64,000 nucleotides of DNA from an uncultured Fidelibacterota bacterium (lineage in GTDB: Bacteria; Fidelibacterota; UBA8477; JABMPR01): contig CALBFA010000073.1 of assembly GCA_937888365.1 (NCBI GenBank), forward strand, positions 44,686 through 108,685, read 5' to 3'. Positions within the stretch are counted from its first letter, which is position 1. Each line of letters begins with the position of its first letter. Positions 48,424-57,644 of the stretch are shown here, piece after piece. The notes below the pieces were generated by a model. It was not told the origin of the DNA. It ran no database searches and saw nothing but the letters and a program-made list of their open reading frames with translations. Made by a program: the position numbers and the translations under genes.

Positions 48424-49922
48424 AGTGTACAAAATTGAAATTCGCACTCTTACTAATTCTTACATTGCTAATAGCTTGTAGCCATACATCACCCAATGCG
48501 ACAAAAGTAAAATCGGGGCCTTTTAGAAATGCTGATGCAAAAGCGGCATATAGCATTGATACTTTAATTCATAATAGTCCTACGGAGATGGCTTTTTGGG
48601 GCGTTCAAGTTCAAGACGCTAAAACAGGTGAGATTATTTACAGTAAAAATCCCAACAAAATATTTATGCCTGCCTCGAACATGAAACTTTATACGACTTC
48701 AACGGCGCTACAGCTTTTGGGTCCCGATTATCGATATCATACAGCTTTTACAACGACAGGTTCTATTGAAAATGGCACTTTATTAGGTGACATTATCATT
48801 AATGGAAGCGGCGATCCAACGTGGTCATGGCGTTTCTTTAATGACAGTCATGATTCGCTTTTTATTCGATTTGCCGATAGTCTCAAGGCCTTAGGCATCA
48901 ACAAAATTGACGGAAGAATCATCGGTAATGATAACATATTCGACGATCAAGCTCTTGGATATGGATGGAGTTGGGACGACGAACCTTATTACTACGCCGC
49001 GCAATTATCCGGATTATCGTATAATGAAAATTATGTGGATGTCATTGTTACGCCTGGCGAAGTAGGCGAATTAGTGCATTTAGAAAAGCGTCCGAATACG
49101 CATTATTTGACAATCAAAAATGAGCTGGTGACGGTTCATCCTGATTCGACGGGCAAATGGAATAATGGGCGTGATAGAGCGACGAATAAGGGTTGGTTTC
49201 GCGGTGAGTTTTCTGCATCTAAAGAAAAGAAAGAAGATGCGTTGACGGTGGAAAATCCGACTTTATTTACGGCAACATTATTTAAAGAAGTGCTTGAGTC
49301 TCAGGGGATAACGGTATCAGGCGAACCTGTTGATTTAGACGATTTATTCCTCGAATTGGACTCGACTTTAATCGACACTCTCTTTTTATATACGAGTCAT
49401 CCTATGTCAAAAATTATTGAAATGGTGAATAAACCCAGCCAAAATTTTATTGCTGAAACATTGCTCAAGACAATTGGCGTTGAACTTGGTAAAGAAGGCA
49501 GCACCGAAGAAGGCATCCGCTTAGAAATGGAAATGTGGGATTCCTTAGGTATGAACACGCGCGATTTAAAAATACTTGATGGTTCAGGTTTGTCACGACA
49601 TAATGTCGTTTCGCCCTATCATACAACAACACTTTTGCAACTCTTGTGGGAGCACGAATATCGCGACATATTTATCGAATCATTGCCCATTGCTGGCATC
49701 GAAGAATCGACACTTGAAAATCGAATGAAAAATAGCATCGCGGCGGGACGTGTCCATGCTAAAACAGGCTATATCGGGCGCGCTCGCACCTTAAGCGGCT
49801 ATGTTTATACACTGAGTGGCAGGACAATTATTTTCTCAATTATGGTGAATCATTACACGGTTCCGACGTCTGACATCAATGAATTACAGGATAAAATCGG
49901 TATTATCCTCGCGAGGTTGTAG
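48420..49922 (+). CDS. dacB: D-Ala-D-Ala carboxypeptidase/endopeptidase (PBP4, peptidase S13)
   Basis: PASNMK (SxxK), SQN (SxN), AKTG, GSGDP, DGSGLSR; lipobox LIAC. Confidence 0.92.
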   Translation: MKCTKLKFALLLILTLLIACSHTSPNATKVKSGPFRNADAKAAYSIDTLIHNSPTEMAFWGVQVQDAKTGEIIYSKNPNKIFMPASNMKLYTTSTALQLLGPDYRYHTAFTTTGSIENGTLLGDIIINGSGDPTWSWRFFNDSHDSLFIRFADSLKALGINKIDGRIIGNDNIFDDQALGYGWSWDDEPYYYAAQLSGLSYNENYVDVIVTPGEVGELVHLEKRPNTHYLTIKNELVTVHPDSTGKWNNGRDRATNKGWFRGEFSASKEKKEDALTVENPTLFTATLFKEVLESQGITVSGEPVDLDDLFLELDSTLIDTLFLYTSHPMSKIIEMVNKPSQNFIAETLLKTIGVELGKEGSTEEGIRLEMEMWDSLGMNTRDLKILDGSGLSRHNVVSPYHTTTLLQLLWEHEYRDIFIESLPIAGIEESTLENRMKNSIAAGRVHAKTGYIGRARTLSGYVYTLSGRTIIFSIMVNHYTVPTSDINELQDKIGIILARL

Positions 49923-49986
49923 GTTAATCCTACATAAATATTACCCATGATTTTGAAAAAAATCATCACGGCTTAAAAGACATTAA

Positions 49987-50637
49987 ATGACAAAGATAGA
50001 AAAAATATTAAATATAGATTTCTACAATAAAGTTGCGGAGCTCTTAAAAAGTGCTCGCAAAAGCGTTGTTCAGACTGTCAATAAAACGATGGTTTATACC
50101 TATTATGAAATAGGTAGAATGATAGTGGAACAAGAGCAAAAGGGAAAAGAACGTGCGCAATATGGGAAAAAGATACTAAAGGGGCTTGCTGAAAGATTAA
50201 ATGCTGAATTTGGTAAAGGGTTTTCAGTCGACAATTTAGAAAATATGAGAAGATTTTATTTAGCGTATGTTATTTCTGAATCATCATTAGGGATTGGTTC
50301 TTCAAAGAAATCCGAGACAGTGTCTCGGATTTCTAAGAACAAAGAGTTTCAATTAAGTTGGTCCCACTATTTAAAACTGATGCGAATTGACGATGAAAAA
50401 GAGAGGCGTTTTTATGAAATTGAAGCCTATAAAAATAATTGGAGTCTCAAAGAGCTTCAAAGGCAATATGATACTGCATTATATACGAGGCTTGCATTAA
50501 GCAGGGATAAAGATAAAGTTCTTGAATTATCTGCAAAAGGATTGATAATAGAAAAACCCAAAGATACGATTAAAAACTCTTACTTGAGAACGAAGATAAT
50601 GAATAAACTCGCATCATATATTTCCCGGAAAATGTAA
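49987..50637 (+). pseudogene. Truncated DUF1016/YhcG family gene (N-terminal domain only)
   Basis: VN..MV..YY.IG..I, RA.YG...L...L...FGKGFS..NL..MR.FY, LSWSHY, WS...L.RQ. Similarity ends at KDTIK, where DPY and the PD-(D/E)xK domain normally follow. Confidence 0.7.
50306..50334. repeat. Perfect 14-bp inverted repeat inside the DUF1016 CDS
   Basis: AGAAATCCGAGACA-G-TGTCTCGGATTTCT. Confidence 0.9.
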
Positions 50638-50651
50638 TAAAGGACACCTCA

Positions 50652-51059
50652 ATGAAAATAAACAGAATCGACCATATTGCTATTGCCACGAATGATGCGG
50701 CGGAGCTCAAATTTTTATATCATGATATTTTGGGATTGAATTATTTAGGTCAAGAAACTGTCGAGAGTGAAAAAGTTGAGACCTCTTTTTATGATGTATC
50801 AGAATCGAAGCTGGAGTTTTTAGAACCAACATCGCCTGAATCGACGGTGGCCAAATATTTAAATAAACGAGGACCCGGTTTGCATCATATCGCGCTGAAT
50901 GTCGAGGATCTCGATGGCTATTTGGTGAAGCTCAAAGAGAATCAAATTCAGCTCATTAATGACGAACCTATTCTAGGCGCCCATCATAAACGCATCATAT
51001 TTATCCATCCAAAAGCGACGGGCGGTGTTTTGATTGAACTTTGCGAAGACAAAAAGTGA
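50652..51059 (+). CDS. mce: Methylmalonyl-CoA epimerase
   Basis: IDHIAIA, E.LEP...S...KYL.KRGPGLHHIA, GA......FIHPK.TGGVLIEL. Confidence 0.93.
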   Translation: MKINRIDHIAIATNDAAELKFLYHDILGLNYLGQETVESEKVETSFYDVSESKLEFLEPTSPESTVAKYLNKRGPGLHHIALNVEDLDGYLVKLKENQIQLINDEPILGAHHKRIIFIHPKATGGVLIELCEDKK

Positions 51060-51115
51060 CACCATTTAACTTCATCTATTGGTTTGATGCATCCAAAAAA
51101 AAATCTCCTTAAATC

Positions 51116-52975
51116 ATGACTTCACAATTAAAAAAAGAAACGCCTGCACAACGAAAATCCAAAGAGCTTCCAGATCAACCAGGGGTTTATTTTTTCAAAG
51201 ATAAATCGGGTAAAATAATTTATGTTGGGAAAGCGAAAGTTCTAAAAAATCGTGTCCGCTCCTATTTTACGGGGCAACCTGACAGGCCCAAAACGGCTCA
51301 ATTAATTGAGCGGATTTGGGATTTAGAAATTATTATTACACGAACCGAAGTCGAAGCGTTGTTGACGGAAGCGAATTTCATTAAGGAATTCACGCCGAAG
51401 TATAATATCGATTTACGTGACGATAAAACATTTCCCTACATCCGCATTACGAAAGAGTCTTTTCCCCAAGTTTACGTGACGAGGACCGTCGTTAAAGATG
51501 GCTCGGTTTATTATGGGCCTTATACCAACGTCAAATATCTTCGTTCGGCGCTTCAAGTCATCAAACGCATTTTTACGATCCGTAGTTGTCGGTATCGCTT
51601 GGATGCGAAAACCGTTGAATCGAAAAAAATTGACCTATGTCTCGATTATCATATCAAAAAATGTGATGGCCCGTGCCAAGCTTTGGTTGATGAGACGAAC
51701 TATGACGAGATGATCAAGCGGGTCGAAGATTTTCTAAAGGGTCGGACGGAAAAAGTTGAAGCACATTTAGAGAATCAAATGAAAAAGGCGTCGTCGAATT
51801 TGGCATTTGAAGATGCGACTCGATACAGAGATCGATTGCTTGTGGTGCAAAATTATGTGAGCAATCAGCGATTGAAAACGAGTGATTTTGAAGATAGAGA
51901 TGTCATTGGCCTTGTGCGTCAGGATGCTCTAGCGACAGCGACTATGATTCGGATTCGCGGCGGCAAGCTGATTGGGAAGGAGCATTTCAAGTTTAAAAAT
52001 ATCGACGATGACGAAAATGGCGAAATTATTTCTCGTCTCATCATGAGTCTTTATGAGCAAGGGATGACGATTCCAGGCGAAATAATTGTCCCCGTAGAAC
52101 TCGCCGATAAAGAAGTTATTGAGACATGGTTGAGCGAAATTCGCGGTCTTAAAACAAAATTAAAAGTGCCTGAAATTGGCGAAAAGAAATCGCTCCTGGA
52201 ACTCGCTGAACGCAACGCCGAATTGAGCCTAAAAGAATGGGCATTGCAACAGACTCAAAAGGTCGATATCGTGCCGAAAATGATTCGTATGCTGCAAGAT
52301 GACTTGCAATTGCCAGGACCTCCGCGACGCATTGACGGCTTTGATATTAGTCATCTCGGCGGAACGGAAACTGTTGCATCGATGGTCTGCTTTATTGATG
52401 GTCGGGCAAAGCCATCGGAATATCGCAAATTTAAGGTGAAGACGGTTGAAGGAATTGATGATTTTGCGTCTATGCGAGAAGTTGTTGCAAGGCGATATAA
52501 GCGCGTTAAGGAGGAGAACCTCCCCACACCCGACCTTATCCTAATTGATGGCGGGAAAGGACAACTTAGTGCCGCATTAACGGCTTTGCATGAAGTTGAC
52601 ATGGCACATATTCCGATCCTTGGATTGGCGAAACGTCTGGAAGAAGTCTTTATCCCTGGCCATTCGGAAGCCTTACTCATCGGTAAGTCGAGTCCATCCC
52701 TCATTTTGCTTCGGAGACTGCGCGACGAAGCCCATCGTTTTGCCGTTACATTTCAGCGGAAACGACGAAAAACAACAACACTAACGTCAGTATTAGATAC
52801 GATTCCGGGAGTTGGGAAAAATCGTGTGAAAAGCCTCATGAAAGCATTTGGTTCTGTTGCGAAAATTAAAAAAGCTGAGATTCATCAAATCGCTGATGTT
52901 GGAGGCATCTCAATAAAATTAGCACAAAATATTTTAGATCATCTAAATGGAAAAAATAGCGAAATCAAGAATTAG
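51116..52975 (+). CDS. uvrC: Excinuclease ABC subunit C
   Basis: PGVY..IIYVGKAK.L..RV.SYF GIY-YIG, FDISH, DDFASM, LIDGGKGQ, RDEAHRFA, HhH. Confidence 0.97.
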   Translation: MTSQLKKETPAQRKSKELPDQPGVYFFKDKSGKIIYVGKAKVLKNRVRSYFTGQPDRPKTAQLIERIWDLEIIITRTEVEALLTEANFIKEFTPKYNIDLRDDKTFPYIRITKESFPQVYVTRTVVKDGSVYYGPYTNVKYLRSALQVIKRIFTIRSCRYRLDAKTVESKKIDLCLDYHIKKCDGPCQALVDETNYDEMIKRVEDFLKGRTEKVEAHLENQMKKASSNLAFEDATRYRDRLLVVQNYVSNQRLKTSDFEDRDVIGLVRQDALATATMIRIRGGKLIGKEHFKFKNIDDDENGEIISRLIMSLYEQGMTIPGEIIVPVELADKEVIETWLSEIRGLKTKLKVPEIGEKKSLLELAERNAELSLKEWALQQTQKVDIVPKMIRMLQDDLQLPGPPRRIDGFDISHLGGTETVASMVCFIDGRAKPSEYRKFKVKTVEGIDDFASMREVVARRYKRVKEENLPTPDLILIDGGKGQLSAALTALHEVDMAHIPILGLAKRLEEVFIPGHSEALLIGKSSPSLILLRRLRDEAHRFAVTFQRKRRKTTTLTSVLDTIPGVGKNRVKSLMKAFGSVAKIKKAEIHQIADVGGISIKLAQNILDHLNGKNSEIKN

Positions 52976-52987
52976 GAAGCACTTTCA

Positions 52988-53614
52988 ATGAATCTTACTA
53001 TAGATGGAAAACCCTATTCTGCCTCACTTCGAACCGTGTGGTGTTTAGGACGAAATTATGCGAAGCATGCGGAGGAATTAGGGAATAAAGTAGAAGCGAA
53101 GCCTCTCGTTTTTCAAAAAGGCCTCAATGCCATGCAAATATTTCAGGACACAATACAGCTTCCGTGGCATTTGGGTGATATTCATTACGAAACTGAGTTG
53201 GTTTATTTGGTGGAACGTGATGGCGCGGACGTTCGTTTCGTTGCTTATACATTAGGTTTGGATTTAACGCTTCGAGATTTGCAGACATCATTGAAACAAG
53301 CGGGGAAACCTTGGACATTGGCAAAATCTTTTGATGGAGCTGGTATTATTGGTGATTTTATGCCGCTTGTTGACTCTGAAAACAACATCGAATTTTCCTT
53401 GAGCGTCAATGGCGAAGTACGTCAATTGGGACAGAGTAAAAATATGAATTTGCAGCCCAACGATGTTATCGAATATCTTTCTCAATTCACCGAACTACAA
53501 ACAGGTGACATAGTTTTTACGGGCACACCAGAAGGCGTAGGGCAATTAAAACCGAACGATATTCTTGAACTCAAAATTGGTGCTGTTGGAATTGGGAATA
53601 TGAGGTTGGTCTAA
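52988..53614 (+). CDS. Fumarylacetoacetate hydrolase family protein
   Basis: GRNYA.H..E, HYE.EL, DLT.RD.Q...W..AK.FD, GD...TGTP.GVG. Confidence 0.9.
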   Translation: MNLTIDGKPYSASLRTVWCLGRNYAKHAEELGNKVEAKPLVFQKGLNAMQIFQDTIQLPWHLGDIHYETELVYLVERDGADVRFVAYTLGLDLTLRDLQTSLKQAGKPWTLAKSFDGAGIIGDFMPLVDSENNIEFSLSVNGEVRQLGQSKNMNLQPNDVIEYLSQFTELQTGDIVFTGTPEGVGQLKPNDILELKIGAVGIGNMRLV

Positions 53615-53615
53615 T

Positions 53616-54045
53616 ATGGGTAAGTCGTTTCAATTAAAAATGTCTTACAAAGAGTATCTCGCCCATTATTTAAAATCAATAGGGCTGGCGATATTTCTAC
53701 TTGTGATAGTTATAGATGTGAGAGTATTTACTAGTGATTGGATAAACAAGCAGGAAATCGGTTTAACTGTAGCAATTATTTTCCCTTTCCTAATCATAGC
53801 AGGAACTTTTTATAATTTCTATTCAAAAAGTAAAAATAAAATATATTTTCAATGCTGATAGTATTACTGTTTTAGCGAGAGATGTAAAACAAGAATATAA
53901 ATTAACAGAAATTGTTAAAATTAAATTTAAGAATGGTAAGAAAATCAAGTTTGACATGACTTTACCCTATTTCAGAGATTTTAAAAAGTTTTTCTCAAAA
54001 TTTATAATCGAGAAAAACTTATCTAGTTTAATACGGTATTGGTAA
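53616..54045 (+). pseudogene. Frameshifted hypothetical membrane protein
   Basis: 2-TM ORF 53616-53858 stops after an A-rich tract. The +1 frame is open across the tract and continues KYIFNADSITV...IRYW to the TAA at 54043-54045. Confidence 0.55.
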
Positions 54046-54085
54046 GACTTTTAACAACGTATTGCTGAAAGAATGATATAAAATA

Positions 54086-54147
54086 ATGGGTTAAAACCCA
54101 TATACTTTTAGGGAGACTTATTACCCAGGGATTAATCCCTGGGCTAC
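54086..54147 (-). repeat. Pair of REP-like palindromes
   Basis: Minus strand GTAG-CCCAGGGA-TTAA-TCCCTGGG (54124-54147) and GTAT-ATGGG-TTTTAA-CCCAT (54086-54105). Confidence 0.55.
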
Positions 54148-54286
54148 TTTTACAAAACAATCTGGGCAAATCCGCGAAAACTGCGGGAGAAAATCAAAGC
54201 CTCCTCAGAGTTTAATCGGTGTACCATCTTATTAATTTTGCCTTAGATTGTCCGCAACGAAAAAAGAAATAAGGATCGATTATCTT

Positions 54287-55468
54287 ATGAAAAAAATAGC
54301 AACTTTTATTACACTTCTTTTAACACTTTCGCTGATGTCGCCAGCACTATTTGCATTACCAAAAGGTGAAACCGGCAAGACGCAAATATTTATTGAGCCC
54401 TTTTTAAATACGGGGACAAATCCAGGTCCAACGTGGTTAAGCGGCACACTTTTGACCGTCGTGGAGACGCAATTAAAAATTGACGAAAATTATTTAATCT
54501 ACAAAACAAAAGCTATTCCTCAGGAAAACCTCGAACGTCCTTTTCGATTACAGAGGCATTTAAGTAAGGATGTCTTTGGCGAAAGCGCCTTGATTGACGG
54601 CATCGCATTTTTGCTAAGAGGGCGATATTATGTCGAAAATAATATGGTTCATCTTTCTCTCAATTTGTATGATGTCCACACGATGAATCTTCAAAATAAG
54701 ATCGAGATTTCACAGCCTATCAATGGTATCTACGGATTAAAAACAAATCTCGTTAATTGGGTTAAAGTGCAATTAGGTGCCGAGATAGAGTTGTCAGACA
54801 TGACGGATTCTAGCGTTAAAGCCATGGCGCCAGCGACAAAAGACATCAAACCCTATTGGGACAACACGGAAGGAAAGAAAAAGAATAAGGTCATGGCGTT
54901 GCAAGAGTTATGGAATACGATAATGTGGGATCCGTATCGGGTGGAAATATTTGATATTCAAACGCGCCGCGACGTTTATAGCCCCGATTCGATATATATC
55001 GATTTTCAAGTGAAATATGCCATTAATCCTCGCATTATTGATGCCTTAGAACAATTTGCAATTGAGCAAGAAAGCGCCAAAGAAGGCGAACTTCACTTCT
55101 TCTTTTCTGACATGGATTATGTTGATCCCGTCTTTTATGAGAATTTAAAATCGGGGATGTGGCGAAAATATCCTGTTGTTAGTGTGGGTGAAAATACCTA
55201 TGCAAAGCAACGGAAAATGGTGGACGGTCCTGCTATTTTAATGACGTATGGGTCGCCTCAGTATAGTCGTTACAGTGGCATTTTTACACAGCTTTTAATT
55301 GGATTGCCTGGTGTACGATCCATTCAAATTCTTGCAAATAATCATGGCATTACAAAAGCTTATTCTCTAAAAATTGGTCGTGATGAAATGTCAAAATTAA
55401 ACGCCATAAATGTAAAGTTTTATCAAGAAAACGACTTGTACGCCTTTTTCAATAAGCGAGAACGTTAA
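54287..55468 (+). CDS. Hypothetical exported protein
   Basis: MKKIATF...ALFA signal peptide. The N-terminal PF.N...W...G.Y...L.LYD pattern loosely resembles TolB-N/CsgG/FlgO-like domains. Confidence 0.6.
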   Translation: MKKIATFITLLLTLSLMSPALFALPKGETGKTQIFIEPFLNTGTNPGPTWLSGTLLTVVETQLKIDENYLIYKTKAIPQENLERPFRLQRHLSKDVFGESALIDGIAFLLRGRYYVENNMVHLSLNLYDVHTMNLQNKIEISQPINGIYGLKTNLVNWVKVQLGAEIELSDMTDSSVKAMAPATKDIKPYWDNTEGKKKNKVMALQELWNTIMWDPYRVEIFDIQTRRDVYSPDSIYIDFQVKYAINPRIIDALEQFAIEQESAKEGELHFFFSDMDYVDPVFYENLKSGMWRKYPVVSVGENTYAKQRKMVDGPAILMTYGSPQYSRYSGIFTQLLIGLPGVRSIQILANNHGITKAYSLKIGRDEMSKLNAINVKFYQENDLYAFFNKRER

Positions 55469-55474
55469 AAAAAT

Positions 55475-56758
55475 ATGATGGAAACAAATTTTATCTTTTG
55501 GGGCTTCGTTGTGGGAGCAGGCCTTGTTGGCTTGTTTATCGGTCGTTTATTGATGCAACGAAAATTGGCCGAATTTCAAGGCCAATACAATGAATTAAAT
55601 CGGAATCATGATACGCTCTTAGAAGAACATGCTCATGGCAAAACAGCATTCGAATCGAGAACGAATGAACTCAATGAAGCGAAACAAAATCAAGCGATTC
55701 TCGACACAAAAATTCAAGCCGCGAATGAGCGAATCGAAGAAGAAAAAGCCCGACTCCTAGCGATGCGTCAAGAAATGGAGAATTCGTTTAAAAGCCTGAG
55801 CCAAGATGTATTGCGTGCCAGTCAGAAAGAATTTTTACAATTGGCGGATGAAAAATTTACGAGTCAGACCCAACGTAATAAAGATGAATTATCGCAGAAA
55901 GAAGGACTCATTCAAAAATCTTTAGAGAATATGGATAATCGCCTTAAAGATATGTTGAATCAATCAACAGAATTAAAAAAAGAGGTCGAATCCACACGTG
56001 AAGAGACAGAAAAATTGAGATCAACGACAACTGGGTTGTCTAATTTGTTGGCAAGTTCACAAAAACGCGGGATGTGGGGCGAAGAAATTGTCGAGGATAT
56101 AATTCAGTATATTGGTTTGCGTGAGCACATCAATTATACAAAACAATCCGTTGTTGAAAGCGGGGAACGTCCTGATTTTACGTTCAAATTGCCGAAGCAT
56201 AAAGTCATCAACCTTGATGTAAAATTTCCGATTGATCATTATCGCGAGTATTTGAATGCCACAAATGGTAGTGATGAAGAAGAGCGGCATAAGAAGCAAT
56301 TTTTCAAAGATGTACGCTCTCATCTCAAAGCATTGACAAGGCGAGAATATATTAATTTAGCAGGTGGCACATTAGATTATGTTATGATGTTTATCCCCAA
56401 TGAGTCGATATATGGGTTTTTGAATTCGGAAGACTCTGAACTGATAGGCGATGCATTAAAGATGAAAGTCATGCTATGTAGTCCTATAACGCTTTATGCA
56501 ATTTTGTCATTGCTACATCAAGCGACCTCAAACTTTATAGTTGAACAACGGGCAACAGAAATACTCGAGCTTGTGGAAAAATTTCAGAAACAGTGGGAAA
56601 ATTTTACAGTAACCATGGACAAAACCCGCAAATCATTTGACCAAGCGGCGAGACATTTTGATGATCTCATGTCCACGCGTTCTAATGCGCTTGATCGCCC
56701 TATTCGTCAAATCATGGAATTGAGAAAATCAGATTCTCAGTTGGAGATTGGTGACTAA
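55475..56758 (+). CDS. rmuC: DNA recombination protein RmuC
   Basis: N-terminal TM plus coiled coil; RG.WGE, RPD...LP, D.KFP, MFIPNE, SP.TL. Confidence 0.92.
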   Translation: MMETNFIFWGFVVGAGLVGLFIGRLLMQRKLAEFQGQYNELNRNHDTLLEEHAHGKTAFESRTNELNEAKQNQAILDTKIQAANERIEEEKARLLAMRQEMENSFKSLSQDVLRASQKEFLQLADEKFTSQTQRNKDELSQKEGLIQKSLENMDNRLKDMLNQSTELKKEVESTREETEKLRSTTTGLSNLLASSQKRGMWGEEIVEDIIQYIGLREHINYTKQSVVESGERPDFTFKLPKHKVINLDVKFPIDHYREYLNATNGSDEEERHKKQFFKDVRSHLKALTRREYINLAGGTLDYVMMFIPNESIYGFLNSEDSELIGDALKMKVMLCSPITLYAILSLLHQATSNFIVEQRATEILELVEKFQKQWENFTVTMDKTRKSFDQAARHFDDLMSTRSNALDRPIRQIMELRKSDSQLEIGD

Positions 56759-56821
56759 TCCATAAAAAGAATCATGCTTTAGATTCTCGAGATTCAATTT
56801 TTTTAGAATAAATACAATATG

Positions 56822-56849
56822 AAGCTCATGCTACGTGGGCTTATTTTTT
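56822..56849 (+). terminator. Probable terminator between rmuC and the convergent gene
   Basis: AAGCTCATG-CTA-CGTGGGCTT (with G-U pairs) followed by ATTTTTT. Confidence 0.5.
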
Positions 56850-56874
56850 CGAACAGTCGAAACCGTATCTAAAA

Positions 56875-57594
56875 TTATTTGCTAAGAAGTGTTTTAAAAA
56901 ATAGAGGAATGGGTGTTACAAATTTCATCTTTTCTTTTGAAAATGGATGCAATATACTGAGAGAATTTGCGTGAAGAGCCAGTCTTGTCGAGCCCTTATC
57001 CGATTTATCACCATATATTTTATCACCGACGATTGGGTGACCAATATCGGCACAGTGCACTCGAATTTGCTTTTTATGATTGGTTCGGAGCTTGATTTCA
57101 ACAAGACTAAATTTGCTCGAACTTTTAAGCACTTTATACGTCGTCTTTGATAATGTACCTTCTTCTGATTTTTGAACAGAATACACTCTAAAAATTGAAT
57201 TTTCCTTTAGATACGAGCTAATTGTGCCTTCCGGTTTTTCAAAAATACCATGGGTAATCGCTATATATTTTCTGTCAAAATTTGACCAATTTTCTATTAA
57301 GAAATTCTTCGCCGCCTCACTTTTTGCAAAAACAAGGATGCCCGACATTTCTCTTTCTAAACGATGAACCGCAATAACGCGATTTCTCGATTTCATATTT
57401 CCTTTTTTGACATAATCATTCAAAAGATTAAAAACGGTCTTTTCTTTTTCTTTATTGCTTGCGATCGTAAGGAGACCATTTGATTTATTCACCACAATAA
57501 TGTCTAAATCCTCATGCAAAATTTCTAATCCACGGGGTTTGTATTTGGTTGGTGGCTTTTTAAACACTTTTTTACTTGATTGCATATTTGTCAT
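56875..57594 (-). CDS. RluA-family pseudouridine synthase homolog (catalytic Asp replaced by Glu)
   Basis: ILHED..IIVVNK..GL, VHRLEREMSG, QIRVH...GHPIVGD..YG, LALHA..L...HP. Confidence 0.85.
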   Translation of the reverse strand: MTNMQSSKKVFKKPPTKYKPRGLEILHEDLDIIVVNKSNGLLTIASNKEKEKTVFNLLNDYVKKGNMKSRNRVIAVHRLEREMSGILVFAKSEAAKNFLIENWSNFDRKYIAITHGIFEKPEGTISSYLKENSIFRVYSVQKSEEGTLSKTTYKVLKSSSKFSLVEIKLRTNHKKQIRVHCADIGHPIVGDKIYGDKSDKGSTRLALHANSLSILHPFSKEKMKFVTPIPLFFKTLLSK

Positions 57595-57644
57595 TTCTAA
57601 AGGTTAAGAATATTTAGAATTAAAATTCTTGTTTACCGTACACT

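Noticed and set aside
53850-53861. CAA-TGC-TGA-TAG read as a Cys-Sec C-terminus
   Set aside because: No redox fold or evident SECIS; a +1 frameshift explains the region better.
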